DNA of 64,000 nt from Escherichia coli (GCF_044324875.1 NZ_CP172185.1), one strand, 5' to 3'. Shown: positions 24,714 through 35,638, numbered from the stretch's first letter. Made by a program: numbers and translations. Notes: generated by a model not told the origin, from the sequence alone.

Positions 24714-26132
24714 TCAGACGCCGTAACGTTCGCACCAGCCAAGAATGGCTTTCTCGAAGCAGGCGAATGGTGGATGCACAATGCCCGCGCCAATCATGCC
24801 GACGCCCGCATCTTTATGGGCGATGGCGGTGTTGATCACCGGCAGAATGCCGCTACTGCCCACGCGGGTTATGTCGATTGCCGACGGCACGCCCATAAAA
24901 CCGAGCAGCGGAATGGTGACGTTGGGATTTTCGCCGAGAGTGATTTCGCGCATCTGGCGGGAGAAATCGATGGCCTCTTCCACCGTACCGCCCACCAGCG
25001 CGACGATTGCAGGCGCGGTCGCCATAGCAAATCCACCAATGCCGTAGGTTTCGGTGATGGCGCTGTCGCCAATATCCAACCCAGAATCTTCCGGCTTATA
25101 ACCGGCAAACATCGGGCCGATGACCTGCTGCGCCGGACCGGTAAACCATTGCCCCGGTAATCCGCTGACCCGCAGGCCGAACTCGACGCCGTTACGCGCC
25201 ATGGTGGTCACCACAGTGCTGTATTCGATGCCGTGCGCCGCATCCATCGCCGCTTTACACATCGCCATCCACGTCGGGCCGGAGAAGTAGTCACTGCTGG
25301 CGACAAACTCAAACACTTCGCGCTGTTGCTCGACGGAGTAGCCCGCCTGAATAATCCCCGGCGTCAGCGCCTGAATCAGCAGCGTCGTCCCGGCGTTATT
25401 GCGGTTATGGCACTCATCGCCCATATGCAGCGCCTGCGCCAGCATTAAGCGCAGATCGATCTCGCCGATAATTTTCATCGCATCGCGCAGCATTGGCCCC
25501 TGCACATCACGCATCCAGTTGAGTCGGTCGATCACGCTCTGGTCGTTAGCGCCCATACGCAAAATCTTTGCCATCTGCTCGCTCATATTGGTGTAAGCGA
25601 TGTTGCCGTAGGTTTTGTTTTTCACGATGTGCATAAACATCGAGGCCGAGGTAACACCCGCCATCGATCCCACGCAGTCATGTTCGTGGCACGGCGAGAA
25701 GGTGATCTCCCCGGAGGCCGCCAGTTCAGCCGCCTCATCGAGATCTTTCGCCAGCCCTTCGAACACCAGCGCTCCGGTGACCGCGCCTTTCATCGCGCCA
25801 CACATTTTTTCCCAGGTGATCGGCGGTCCGGCGTGAAGAATGGTTTTCGGCGTCATACCCGGCACCACGTTAATCGCCTGATCAAAACCAATCAGCACCG
25901 GATGCGACTGGATAATGCGCTCCAAAGCCTGCTGGTTAGCGGCGGCGATTTTGTCTGCCAGCGGCGAATCGGCAATGTTATCCAGCGCCTGCACCACCTG
26001 CATATTGCCCTGCCCCGGCGGCGTCCAGTCGAGTTGAGTCACTTCTACATGCTGCTTTTTCAGGTCATCGCTAAACATGGCGATGCCGACGTTAATAACG
26101 TTCAACGGTTGGCTAAACAGTGACTGGCTCAT
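24714..26132 (-). CDS. yahG: DUF1116 protein, 472 aa (YlbE paralog)
   Basis: Recognised as YahG. Confidence 0.88.
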   Translation of the reverse strand: MSQSLFSQPLNVINVGIAMFSDDLKKQHVEVTQLDWTPPGQGNMQVVQALDNIADSPLADKIAAANQQALERIIQSHPVLIGFDQAINVVPGMTPKTILHAGPPITWEKMCGAMKGAVTGALVFEGLAKDLDEAAELAASGEITFSPCHEHDCVGSMAGVTSASMFMHIVKNKTYGNIAYTNMSEQMAKILRMGANDQSVIDRLNWMRDVQGPMLRDAMKIIGEIDLRLMLAQALHMGDECHNRNNAGTTLLIQALTPGIIQAGYSVEQQREVFEFVASSDYFSGPTWMAMCKAAMDAAHGIEYSTVVTTMARNGVEFGLRVSGLPGQWFTGPAQQVIGPMFAGYKPEDSGLDIGDSAITETYGIGGFAMATAPAIVALVGGTVEEAIDFSRQMREITLGENPNVTIPLLGFMGVPSAIDITRVGSSGILPVINTAIAHKDAGVGMIGAGIVHPPFACFEKAILGWCERYGV

Positions 26133-27679
26133 CAGGCTTCCTCCCCTTTGCAGATAAATTCACGCGCCAGCAATCCGGTATTGGTGCTGCTGCTTGCCAG
26201 AATTACCCCAGCATCAAGCAGCATCTGGCTTTGTTGTTCTAATGATGGCGTATCAAGATCGGTACCCAGCACATAGGCGAGAATGATCAACTCACGTCCT
26301 TCGGCAGCGGCGATCGCTTTCGCTTCTTTGATCGCATCGATGGTGGAGCCGACCGGATCTTCATGCGATCCAAATCCGAGCACAAAATCCATCACGATCA
26401 CCGCCACTTCTGGATCGCGCGCTTCTTCGATCAAGCGACTGATGCGGTTGGTCGGGTCAATCATTGGATGCGGCTTGCCGTTGGTGAAGTCGTCATCACC
26501 AAAGTCGAGGAAGGTGTGTTTGATGCTGCGGCTGATATCTTGCAGGCGGAATTCCGGATCGGGCTGAATGTTGCTGTAGACATCGCCGTGTTTTTCCATC
26601 ACCGCGAACATCGTTTCGTCGCACAGCGTGCCGCCGCAGAACAGGCCACGAATGTATTTCTGTTGCGGTTGCAGGCGAGCGCGCACGTCAGCAATCAATG
26701 GCTGGTTCAGGGTATGCAGGTCGAGATGTTCTTGTTTCACACCGGAGAGCATCACCGCTTTTAGTGCCGCCTCTTTGGTGCCGCGAGCAAACTGTAGCCC
26801 CTGCTCATCCACTGGCGTTTCGCCACGACCGAGGAAGCAGACTACCACTGGCTTACGGCAGGCGCGTGCGCGTTCCAGCACTTTGCGGGCCACCGCAGGC
26901 GCTGGCGGTTTGGAGATAAGCACAATGATTTCAGTTTGCGGATCGTTTTCCAGCATCCCGATGGCGTCGAGCATCATCAGGCCGCCGATTTTCTCGCTCA
27001 GGTCGCGCCCGCCGGTGCCGATCAGTTGCGAAACGCCGCCGCCAAATTCATGAATGCGGACGCTCAGCTCCTGGCTGCCGGTGCCGGATGCGCCAACAAT
27101 ACCGATGTTGCCGCGACGCACGGCGTTACCAAAGCAGAGCGCCGCGCCGTTGATAATCGCCGTACCGCAGTCTGGCCCCATCATCAGCAGCCCTTTTTCG
27201 TGGGCCAACTGTTTGAGCGCCAGTTCATCTTCAACTGAGACGTTATCGGAAAACAGCATCACTTTAAGATCGTTTTGCAGCGCCTGACGCGCTTCGCGAG
27301 CGGCAAACAGACCGTTGACCGAAATCACCGCCAGGTTACTTTCCGGGATATGCTTTTTGGCGCTGGCAATAGTGGCATAGCGTGCTTCATGTGAACCAGT
27401 TTGAGCTTTGGTGTTGAACAGTTCTTCAATCTCCACCAGCAACTGCTCGTTGTCCGCACCCGATTTACCATTGATGACAATCATCAGGTCACCGTTTTTC
27501 GCCTGCTCCAGTTCCGGCGTCAGCAGTCCTAAATTCTTCAGCACACCTTTGTTCATTTCGGTCGCCATCGCCACAAATGCCTGCTCGACGCCGTCGAGTT
27601 TATTTGCACGCGTGGAGATAGACATCAGCGAGACAGAATCAAAATAGGTATTCGGTTTAATGACTATTTTAACTGACAT
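26132..27679 (-). CDS. yahF: FdrA-like CoA-binding / succinyl-CoA-synthetase-like protein, 515 aa
   Basis: Recognised as YahF. Confidence 0.88.
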   Translation of the reverse strand: MSVKIVIKPNTYFDSVSLMSISTRANKLDGVEQAFVAMATEMNKGVLKNLGLLTPELEQAKNGDLMIVINGKSGADNEQLLVEIEELFNTKAQTGSHEARYATIASAKKHIPESNLAVISVNGLFAAREARQALQNDLKVMLFSDNVSVEDELALKQLAHEKGLLMMGPDCGTAIINGAALCFGNAVRRGNIGIVGASGTGSQELSVRIHEFGGGVSQLIGTGGRDLSEKIGGLMMLDAIGMLENDPQTEIIVLISKPPAPAVARKVLERARACRKPVVVCFLGRGETPVDEQGLQFARGTKEAALKAVMLSGVKQEHLDLHTLNQPLIADVRARLQPQQKYIRGLFCGGTLCDETMFAVMEKHGDVYSNIQPDPEFRLQDISRSIKHTFLDFGDDDFTNGKPHPMIDPTNRISRLIEEARDPEVAVIVMDFVLGFGSHEDPVGSTIDAIKEAKAIAAAEGRELIILAYVLGTDLDTPSLEQQSQMLLDAGVILASSSTNTGLLAREFICKGEEA

Positions 27680-28160
27680 AATTCCCTCCGTAGGTTTGGC
27701 TCAGCGCACAACCATCGGCCATGCCATACAGCATGTCGCAGCCGGAACTGGAGCCAATATGTTTAATTTTTTCTATTGCCTGGGTTGAATTCCCAGGGAC
27801 ACCATAAATAATATCGTGAATAAAATGATGAATATTTTCCCGGCAGCGTTGTTGTAATGCGGCTTCCAGCGTTATGGCACTTAATAACGTGGTATTATTT
27901 CTGCCGCGTTGCAGACCGATATAAAATTCCTCTTTGTATTTTTCCGCCGGATGTCCGGAAATAAATAAAATAAGCGCCAGACCTGTTAAATAATCATCGG
28001 CTGATGGCGTAAGGCCAATCCCTAACCCCATCATACTGGCGACCGCTAAGGCGATATTTTTTTTATCGTTTACTTCCTGAATAACTGCCCGTCGTTTAAT
28101 ATGTAATTCTTTATTTAACGCCTGATAAAACGGATTATCGCCGCGATAATTAAACAGGGT
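27669..28160 (-). pseudogene. yahE: C-terminal 164 codons of DUF2877 protein yahE; 5' part replaced by IS1
   Basis: Own translation shows the frame open from the IS1 junction (28160) down to the stop at 27669, with no start codon upstream of the junction. Confidence 0.75.
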
Positions 28161-28175
28161 GGTAATGACTCCAAC

Positions 28176-28679
28176 TTATTGATAGTGTTTTATGTTCAGA
28201 TAATGCCCGATGACTTTGTCATGCAGCTCCACCGATTTTGAGAACGACAGCGACTTCCGTCCCAGCCGTGCCAGGTGCTGCCTCAGATTCAGGTTATGCC
28301 GCTCAATTCGCTGCGTATATCGCTTGCTGATTACGTGCAGCTTTCCCTTCAGGCGGGATTCATACAGTGGCCAGCCATCCGTCATCCATATCACCACGTC
28401 AAAGGGTGACAGCAGGCTCATAAGACGCCCCAGCGTCGCCATAGTGCGTTCACCGAATACGTGCGCAACAACCGTCTTCCGGAGCCTGTCATACGCGTAA
28501 AACAGCCAGCGCTGGCGCGATTTAGCCCCGACATAGCCCCACTGTTCGTCCATTTCCGCGCAGACGATGACGTCACTGCCCGGCTGTATGCGCGAGGTTA
28601 CCGACTGCGGCCTGAGTTTTTTAAGTGACGTAAAATCGTGTTGAGGCCAACGCCCATAATGCGGGCAGTTGCCCGGCAT
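28176..28679 (-). CDS. insB: IS1 InsB reading frame (expressed as InsAB' by -1 frameshift)
   Basis: Recognised InsB sequence. Confidence 0.9.
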
Positions 28680-28873
28680 CCAACGCCATTCATGGCCATA
28701 TCAATGATTTTCTGGTGCGTACCGGGTTGAGAAGCGGTGTAAGTGAACTGCAGTTGCCATGTTTTACGGCAGTGAGAGCAGAGATAGCGCTGATGTCCGG
28801 CGGTGCTTTTGCCGTTACGCACCACCCCGTCAGTAGCTGAACAGGAGGGACAGCTGATAGAAACAGAAGCCAC
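28598..28873 (-). CDS. insA: IS1 InsA, 91 aa, GTG start
   Basis: Recognised InsA ([42 protein letters not shown]...). Confidence 0.93.
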
Positions 28874-28928
28874 TGGAGCACCTCAAAAACACCATCATAC
28901 ACTAAATCAGTAAGTTGGCAGCATCACC

Positions 28929-29270
28929 AGAGATTTACCAACTGCTGAAGCGGAAATATCTCGCGTGCAGGCGTCTATTATCAAATGGTATGCGTCAGAA
29001 TACCATAATGGCAGGCAAGTTCTCGATGAGATACAAACGCCTTCAGCAATTAACAGTGAGCTTTATACAAAAATGATATATCTGACCAGGAACTGGTCAT
29101 TGTATCCGAACGGTGATGGCTGTGTAACTATAAGCTCACCAGAAATAAAAAATAAATACCCTGCTGCCATTTGCCTGGCTCTGGGATTTTTTCTAAGCTT
29201 TGTAATTTCTGTAATGTTTTGCCTTGTCAAAAAAATGGTAGATGAATACCAACAAAACTCTGGGCAGTAA
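28929..29270 (+). pseudogene. 3' remnant of a gene truncated by IS1, possibly ykgH
   Basis: Open frame runs from the IS1 junction to stop at 29270 with a C-terminal hydrophobic segment; ykgH assignment is from expected synteny only. Confidence 0.35.
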
Positions 29271-29512
29271 TAAACAGCATTCTGATAGAGAGTGCCTGTA
29301 TAAAGCTGAAGTGACAATGACCGGGAAGGGAACCCGTTTTCAGGAATGGATGCCTGTCTTTTTCACTGTAAATATCCTGGCATTACTAATGCCAGGATAT
29401 TTACAGAAGAGCAGCATAACCATGACGGAACGGGGTTAAGTCAGGTTGTCCTTAACGCTATTCACAACCTCGTATGCCGACTTCAGGTTTATGTCCAGAC
29501 TTCATATCTCTC

Positions 29513-30208
29513 TCAGCAATCCTCAATAATCAGATACACCGCTTTCACCGGGCCATGAACCCCGACGACTTTGATAAGCTCAATATCCGCCGTTGAACTA
29601 GGGCCGCTAATGATGTTAATGCAGGACGGCATTCGTTCACCGGCCTGCGCTTTCTGATGCAATTTTTCTGCGAGTTGCGCTACACGCGGCAGGATTGTGC
29701 TTTTACGCAGGATAAAAAGAGAAGATTCCGGGAGCAGGCTCAATGAACGCCCGCGCCCGGCGGCGGAAAAAAGAACCACGCCTCCCGATTCGGTTAAACC
29801 ATATTCAGCATACACGACACCCACTTTAGCCTGCTCTGCTTGTGATATGTTCTCAATACCTTTCGCCGGATCCCAAACAACGGCATTGCATTCCTGCTGC
29901 AAACGTTCGCTAATCCCCAATTCCTCCAGCCTCGTGTCACCGCTAATCACGACCGACTGATCTCCCAGCTCTTTACACAGACGTATTGCAGCTTCTGCCG
30001 CCTTCGCCTCGCTGGTCAGTTCACAGCGCGTCAACATAACATCGCTGGCAAACTGAATAAACGCGTCACAACGCTGCTGTTGGGTAAGTTGGGTAAGCCG
30101 CTCGTTAGCATAGTTGTTAAGCGGCGCATCTTCTGCTTGCGGTTCAAGTCGCAGCGGGCGACCCAGTGCCTGAGCAACGTTATTCAAAAATTCGCTCCGA
30201 TTATCCAT
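29513..30208 (-). CDS. ykgG: LutC-family lactate utilisation protein, 231 aa (start MDNRSEFLNN)
   Basis: Recognised as YkgG; start overlaps ykgF stop by 8 bp. Confidence 0.88.
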   Translation of the reverse strand: MDNRSEFLNNVAQALGRPLRLEPQAEDAPLNNYANERLTQLTQQQRCDAFIQFASDVMLTRCELTSEAKAAEAAIRLCKELGDQSVVISGDTRLEELGISERLQQECNAVVWDPAKGIENISQAEQAKVGVVYAEYGLTESGGVVLFSAAGRGRSLSLLPESSLFILRKSTILPRVAQLAEKLHQKAQAGERMPSCINIISGPSSTADIELIKVVGVHGPVKAVYLIIEDC

Positions 30209-31628
30209 TCTTTTTCTCCTGCGCCTGATGTTTCTTAAACCAACTACGGAAACTCTCTCCGTCAGCTTCAGGAAGATCGCGTGCTTCCATCCAGTCGCTA
30301 ATCGCGCCAAATTTGAGTGGTGTTTTGCCGCCATTGATAAACCAGCTTGCCGCATGAGCACCAGCCATCATCCCGACTTTCCACAATCCTGGATGACTAT
30401 TGGCATAAGCGAACATTTTTATCGCCCGTTGCTCTGCTTTTGCGGTGATCCCTTTTTCAGCCATCACCCGACGATGACGCAAAATCAGTTTTGACAGCGG
30501 AATACGCACCGGACACACGCTGTCACAAGCGGTGCATAAAGAGCAGGCGTAGGGTAAATCTTTAAAATCTTTATAGCCGCCAAGTAGCGGAGAAATCACC
30601 GCACCAATTGGCCCTGGATAAATAGAGCCATATCCATGACCGCCAATATGGCGATATGCCGGACAAGTATTCATACAAGCCCCGCAGCGAATACAGCGCA
30701 GCACATCCCGAAATTCAGAGGCCAGCACCTCAGAACGCCCGTTATCGACAATAACCAGATGAAACTCTTCAGGACCATCAACGTGCCCCGCTTCGCGCGG
30801 TCCTGTCAGCCAGGTGTTGTATCCCGTCAAACGTGCACCAACGGCACTGCGCGCCAGCATGGTGATCAATACATCTACCTCGGCAAACGTGGGGGCAATA
30901 CGCTCCATTCCCATCACTGCAATATGCGTTTTAGGCAGCGTGGTACACATTCGCGCATTACCTTCATTGGTCACCAGGCATACCGAACCGGTCTCTGCCA
31001 CCGCGAAATTACAGCCGGTAATACCTATTTCAGCACTGAGGAAATCTTCGCGGATTTTTTGCCGGATGAATAAGGTCATTGCTTCAGGCGTTTCCGACCC
31101 CTCATAGCCCAGACGTTCGTGTAGCACCCGACGGATCTGATGGCGATCTTTATGAATTGCCGGGACCACAACATGAGAGGGCGGATCTTGATCCAGCTGG
31201 AGAATGTATTCACCCAGATCGGTTTCAATCACCTGAATGCCAGCATCCTGCAACACATGATTGACACCAATCTCTTCGGTCACCATCGATTTAGATTTCA
31301 CCACCTTCCGGGCATTTTTGCGTTGGGCAACCTGTAAAATGTAGCGAGTGGCGTCTTCTTTAGTTTTTGCAAAATAGACGTGACCGCCGTTTTGCGTCAC
31401 TTTTTCTGAGAGCTGGTACAGATAAGCGTCGAGATTACTCAGAACATGATCACGTATCTGGGCGGCCCGATCGCGCCACTCCTCCCAGTGCCCCAATTCA
31501 TCGACCATTTTTTGCCGATTTGCCCCGATACGCTGCTGCGCGTTTGCCACCGCTTTGCGCATGATCGGATCTTCAATTTGCTGACGGATGCGTGTCTTAA
31601 AATCTGTATTACTGGTTTTGATCGACAT
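30201..31628 (-). CDS. ykgF: LutB-family iron-sulfur protein, 475 aa
   Basis: Two CxxCxxCxxxCP ferredoxin motifs; recognised as YkgF. Confidence 0.92.
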   Translation of the reverse strand: MSIKTSNTDFKTRIRQQIEDPIMRKAVANAQQRIGANRQKMVDELGHWEEWRDRAAQIRDHVLSNLDAYLYQLSEKVTQNGGHVYFAKTKEDATRYILQVAQRKNARKVVKSKSMVTEEIGVNHVLQDAGIQVIETDLGEYILQLDQDPPSHVVVPAIHKDRHQIRRVLHERLGYEGSETPEAMTLFIRQKIREDFLSAEIGITGCNFAVAETGSVCLVTNEGNARMCTTLPKTHIAVMGMERIAPTFAEVDVLITMLARSAVGARLTGYNTWLTGPREAGHVDGPEEFHLVIVDNGRSEVLASEFRDVLRCIRCGACMNTCPAYRHIGGHGYGSIYPGPIGAVISPLLGGYKDFKDLPYACSLCTACDSVCPVRIPLSKLILRHRRVMAEKGITAKAEQRAIKMFAYANSHPGLWKVGMMAGAHAASWFINGGKTPLKFGAISDWMEARDLPEADGESFRSWFKKHQAQEKKNG

Positions 31629-31638
31629 CTTTATATCC

Positions 31639-32358
31639 TCAGCGGCTCATCAGCACTTCAGCAATATGCATTACTTTGACTTTCTGCCCTTCCCGTTGTA
31701 ATCGCCCACTGATGTTCAGCAGGCAACTCACGTCAGCACCAATTAAATACTCAGGGCGGACTTCCATCAGGTGCGCAACCTTTTCTTTCACCATCTCGCC
31801 GGATATTTCGGCCATTTTGACCGAGAACGTGCCGCCAAATCCGCAGCAGGTATCCTGTTCAGCAAAGGTCAACAGCTCCAGTCCACGCACATTTTTCAGC
31901 AGCATAAGTGGCTCGTCCTTCCCCCCCAGCTTACGGGCCAGGCTACAAGATGGGTGATACACCGCTCTCCCTTGCAAACTGGCACCTACATCGACTACCC
32001 CTAATGTATTAACAATAAAAGAGGTGAGATCCTGCATACGCGCGGCAACCTTTTCGGCACGTGATGCCCATTCAGGCTCATCCGCCAGATACGTTGGGTA
32101 ACTTTTTACGGCATAGGTACAGGAGCCAGCCGGTGAAATAATGGGATCGTCGTTATCCTCCAGTGCGGCGATCAGATTTTTCATCCCTGGAATCGCTTCT
32201 TTGATATAACCACTATTGATCGCAGGCTGACCGCAGCATCCCTGTTTCTCCGGGAAATTTACGCGACAGCCGAGTTTTTCCAGTAGCAGCACGGAGTCTC
32301 GTGCCATTCTTGATTTCAGGGCGTCACCAATACAGGTGACAAAGAAATTGACATTCAC
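31639..32358 (-). CDS. ykgE: LutA-family cysteine-rich (CCG) protein, 239 aa
   Basis: Recognised as YkgE. Confidence 0.92.
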   Translation of the reverse strand: MNVNFFVTCIGDALKSRMARDSVLLLEKLGCRVNFPEKQGCCGQPAINSGYIKEAIPGMKNLIAALEDNDDPIISPAGSCTYAVKSYPTYLADEPEWASRAEKVAARMQDLTSFIVNTLGVVDVGASLQGRAVYHPSCSLARKLGGKDEPLMLLKNVRGLELLTFAEQDTCCGFGGTFSVKMAEISGEMVKEKVAHLMEVRPEYLIGADVSCLLNISGRLQREGQKVKVMHIAEVLMSR

Positions 32359-32875
32359 AACTAATACTCCATTACTTCATGCCCATTTATGCCCGATGGT
32401 TCCCCCCTTCCGGGGGATCAATCATCAATAAATATGGCGTTCTTTTTTAATTGGCTAGCAACATACCACCCCTCATTTGTATGACAAATGATAATCTTTG
32501 ATCCAAACTTCAAATGCAATAACTAATTTTATTTCTTTCGGCATCGCTCACATTTTATAGGGAAATCGACGATCATTTTTGGCATAAGAAATCCATTTAA
32601 AAAGGCTACATCCCTTATACCTATTCAGTGCTACTTATTCAGGGGTTATTGAGATATACACTGATGGTGTACAAACAAAATCACCAACAATAATTACGTA
32701 TCAAGTAATAATCGGCATTTTATTTAATTGAAGCAATTTAGTTTGTATCTTTTATTTAATTACTAAGCCAGACCACTTCAAAAAAATATATAAAAAACTT
32801 GGAAATAGAAATAGTTGAAAGGCTCACAACTCCCGGAATGCGGATTATCTTTGCCCTGATTTCTGGCGGTTTTAT

Positions 32876-33730
32876 TCAGGGTGCAAGCTGTCTGACCCTT
32901 TCCCGATATTCTCCCGGGGTACAACCAAACTCGCGAACAAACGCCTTGTGAAAAGATGATTCACTGGCATAGCCTACTGACTCAGCGATCACCACAACAG
33001 GGAGCGTTTCCCGGGAAAACATCTGGGCCGCTATTTGTAGACGCAACTTTGTTAATACAGCCAGCGGCGTGGTTCCGGAAACATCACGGAAAAGCTGGGC
33101 AAAACTTGCCCGGGACATGTGGGCGATGCTGGCCAGCGATTCGACGGTCCAGGCGTGTCCTGGCATTTCCAGCATTTGCTGTATTACCGCACCAAGACGT
33201 GGATGCAGAAGCAAACTGAGAATGTTTTTCTCTGTATTAACCTGTGCAATCCACTCACGCACCGCGAGGATAAAGAATGTAGCGCAGATCTGGCTACACA
33301 GTGCATCCACTCCCGGCATTGCCGATCTGGATTCCTGTTGTAAAAACGGGATCGCCTCCCTCAGCCAGTTATATTCCACGCTATGGTTCACTGGTGCTAC
33401 AAACAGCGTTTCCGGCAAAGACGTTAAAAAATAACGCGCCGAATGTTGCAGCCGAAGAGTGCCACAGACAATATAGGTCGATTCATTATCGACATGACTC
33501 AGGCGATGAGCTGAATTTTGTGGTAGCAGGACCACATTTCCCGGGCGTAATGTAAAAATCTCTCCCGTCGGCATTTCCAGCTTCGCCGCTCCTTGCGTTA
33601 ACGCATGCCAACGAATAACCGACAATTCCCCGGCACCATGTGGAAGTTGCCAGTCACTTCCTAACACGCAATTCTTATCGATCGTTCCTTGTGGAGCGTT
33701 AAGCATCAACAAACGGCTAAGAGCATCCAT
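32876..33730 (-). CDS. rclR: AraC-family reactive-chlorine-responsive regulator, 284 aa (start MDALSRLLML)
   Basis: AraC HTH C-terminus; divergent from rclA. Confidence 0.88.
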   Translation of the reverse strand: MDALSRLLMLNAPQGTIDKNCVLGSDWQLPHGAGELSVIRWHALTQGAAKLEMPTGEIFTLRPGNVVLLPQNSAHRLSHVDNESTYIVCGTLRLQHSARYFLTSLPETLFVAPVNHSVEYNWLREAIPFLQQESRSAMPGVDALCSQICATFFILAVREWIAQVNTEKNILSLLLHPRLGAVIQQMLEMPGHAWTVESLASIAHMSRASFAQLFRDVSGTTPLAVLTKLRLQIAAQMFSRETLPVVVIAESVGYASESSFHKAFVREFGCTPGEYRERVRQLAP

Positions 33731-33956
33731 ATCAGACTCCTGAGTGGTTTTTTGATTACAAACACCAACAATCTTAGTCAATAATTAATCTAATACCATC
33801 AAATAGTTAATCATGATTTTTGTTTTGTGATTCTGATTAAGAAAAAGAAAATACCAGACGATAAGACAAAATATCAAGCGTTGTGAAGAAATGTTATTTG
33901 CTCTTTTGCGTCTATAGTCATGATGTCAAATGAACGCGTTTCGACAGGAAATCATC

Positions 33957-35282
33957 ATGAATAAATATCAGGCAGTTATTATTGGTTTTGGCAAGGCTGG
34001 AAAAACATTAGCCGTCACGCTGGCAAAAGCAGGTTGGCGTGTGGCTCTCATCGAACAATCAAATGCAATGTATGGCGGGACCTGTATTAATATCGGCTGC
34101 ATCCCAACCAAAACATTGGTTCATGACGCACAGCAGCACACAGATTTTGTCCGTGCCATACAGCGTAAAAATGAAGTGGTTAATTTTTTACGTAATAAGA
34201 ATTTTCATAATCTTGCGGATATGCCCAATATCGACGTGATCGACGGCCAGGCGGAGTTTATCAATAATCATAGCCTGCGTGTTCATCGGCCTGAGGGAAA
34301 TCTGGAAATTCATGGCGAGAAAATTTTTATTAATACCGGTGCACAAACCGTGGTTCCGCCAATTCCTGGAATTACCACCACGCCAGGAGTATATGACAGC
34401 ACCGGATTACTTAATCTAAAAGAATTGCCTGGGCATTTAGGTATTTTGGGCGGCGGATATATTGGCGTTGAGTTCGCCTCTATGTTCGCTAATTTTGGCA
34501 GCAAGGTAACCATTTTAGAAGCAGCTTCGCTGTTTTTGCCTCGGGAAGATCGGGATATTGCTGATAATATCGCGACGATTTTACGCGATCAGGGCGTCGA
34601 TATAATCCTCAATGCCCATGTGGAGCGAATCAGTCACCATGAAAATCAAGTGCAAGTGCATAGCGAGCACGCCCAACTGGCGGTGGATGCACTGTTAATA
34701 GCTTCCGGTCGTCAACCGGCTACCGCTTCGTTACATCCAGAAAATGCCGGTATCGCAGTAAACGAGCGCGGGGCAATTGTCGTTGACAAGCTATTACATA
34801 CCACCGCAGACAATATTTGGGCGATGGGAGATGTTACCGGCGGGCTGCAATTTACTTATATTTCACTGGATGATTACCGCATTGTGCGTGATGAGTTGCT
34901 GGGAGAAGGCAGACGTAGTACTGATGATCGGAAAAATGTGCCTTATTCCGTATTCATGACACCGCCACTGTCCCGGGTTGGTATGACAGAAGAACAGGCC
35001 AGAGAGAGTGGTGCTGATATTCAGGTGGTGACATTGCCTGTAGCTGCAATTCCGCGTGCCAGAGTGATGAACGATACCCGTGGGGTATTAAAAGCGATTG
35101 TTGATAATAAAACCCAACGTATATTAGGGGCATCACTGCTGTGTGTTGACTCCCACGAGATGATCAATATAGTGAAAATGGTGATGGATGCCGGGCTGCC
35201 TTATAGCATATTACGCGATCAGATATTTACTCATCCGTCGATGAGCGAATCACTCAATGATCTATTTTCATTAGTCAAATAA
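33957..35282 (+). CDS. rclA: pyridine nucleotide-disulfide oxidoreductase, 441 aa (start MNKYQAVIIG)
   Basis: GGTCINIGCIPTK redox-active disulfide motif; recognised as RclA. Confidence 0.9.
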   Translation: MNKYQAVIIGFGKAGKTLAVTLAKAGWRVALIEQSNAMYGGTCINIGCIPTKTLVHDAQQHTDFVRAIQRKNEVVNFLRNKNFHNLADMPNIDVIDGQAEFINNHSLRVHRPEGNLEIHGEKIFINTGAQTVVPPIPGITTTPGVYDSTGLLNLKELPGHLGILGGGYIGVEFASMFANFGSKVTILEAASLFLPREDRDIADNIATILRDQGVDIILNAHVERISHHENQVQVHSEHAQLAVDALLIASGRQPATASLHPENAGIAVNERGAIVVDKLLHTTADNIWAMGDVTGGLQFTYISLDDYRIVRDELLGEGRRSTDDRKNVPYSVFMTPPLSRVGMTEEQARESGADIQVVTLPVAAIPRARVMNDTRGVLKAIVDNKTQRILGASLLCVDSHEMINIVKMVMDAGLPYSILRDQIFTHPSMSESLNDLFSLVK

Positions 35283-35390
35283 ACTCAAAATCAGACGCCA
35301 GAACAAATATTCTGGCGTCTCAGAGAAAAGAATCTTATTAATTCCCTGTTACTTTATAACTTCTTAATCACTTCATTGATGGTATTTTAT

Positions 35391-35627
35391 ATGTTTAAAA
35401 AATCTGTTTTATTTGCAACACTATTATCTGGCGTTATGGCATTTTCCACCAATGCAGATGATAAAATAATTCTGAAACATATCAGCGTCTCGTCAGTATC
35501 AGCATCACCGACAGTTCTTGAGGATGCCATTGCTGATATAGCCAGAAAATATAATGCTTCATCCTGGAAAGTCACATCGATGCGAATTGATAATAATTCA
35601 ACCGCAACAGCAGTATTGTATAAATAA
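35391..35627 (+). CDS. rclB: small periplasmic protein, 78 aa
   Basis: Signal peptide; position between rclA and rclC. Confidence 0.8.
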   Translation: MFKKSVLFATLLSGVMAFSTNADDKIILKHISVSSVSASPTVLEDAIADIARKYNASSWKVTSMRIDNNSTATAVLYK

Positions 35628-35638
35628 GGATGTTCACA

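Larger units (their letters stand above)
28161..28928 (-). mobile_element. IS1, 768 bp, insA/insB on minus strand
   Basis: Termini ggtaatgactccaacttattgat ... atcagtaagttggcagcatcacc; no flanking target-site duplication. Confidence 0.95.
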
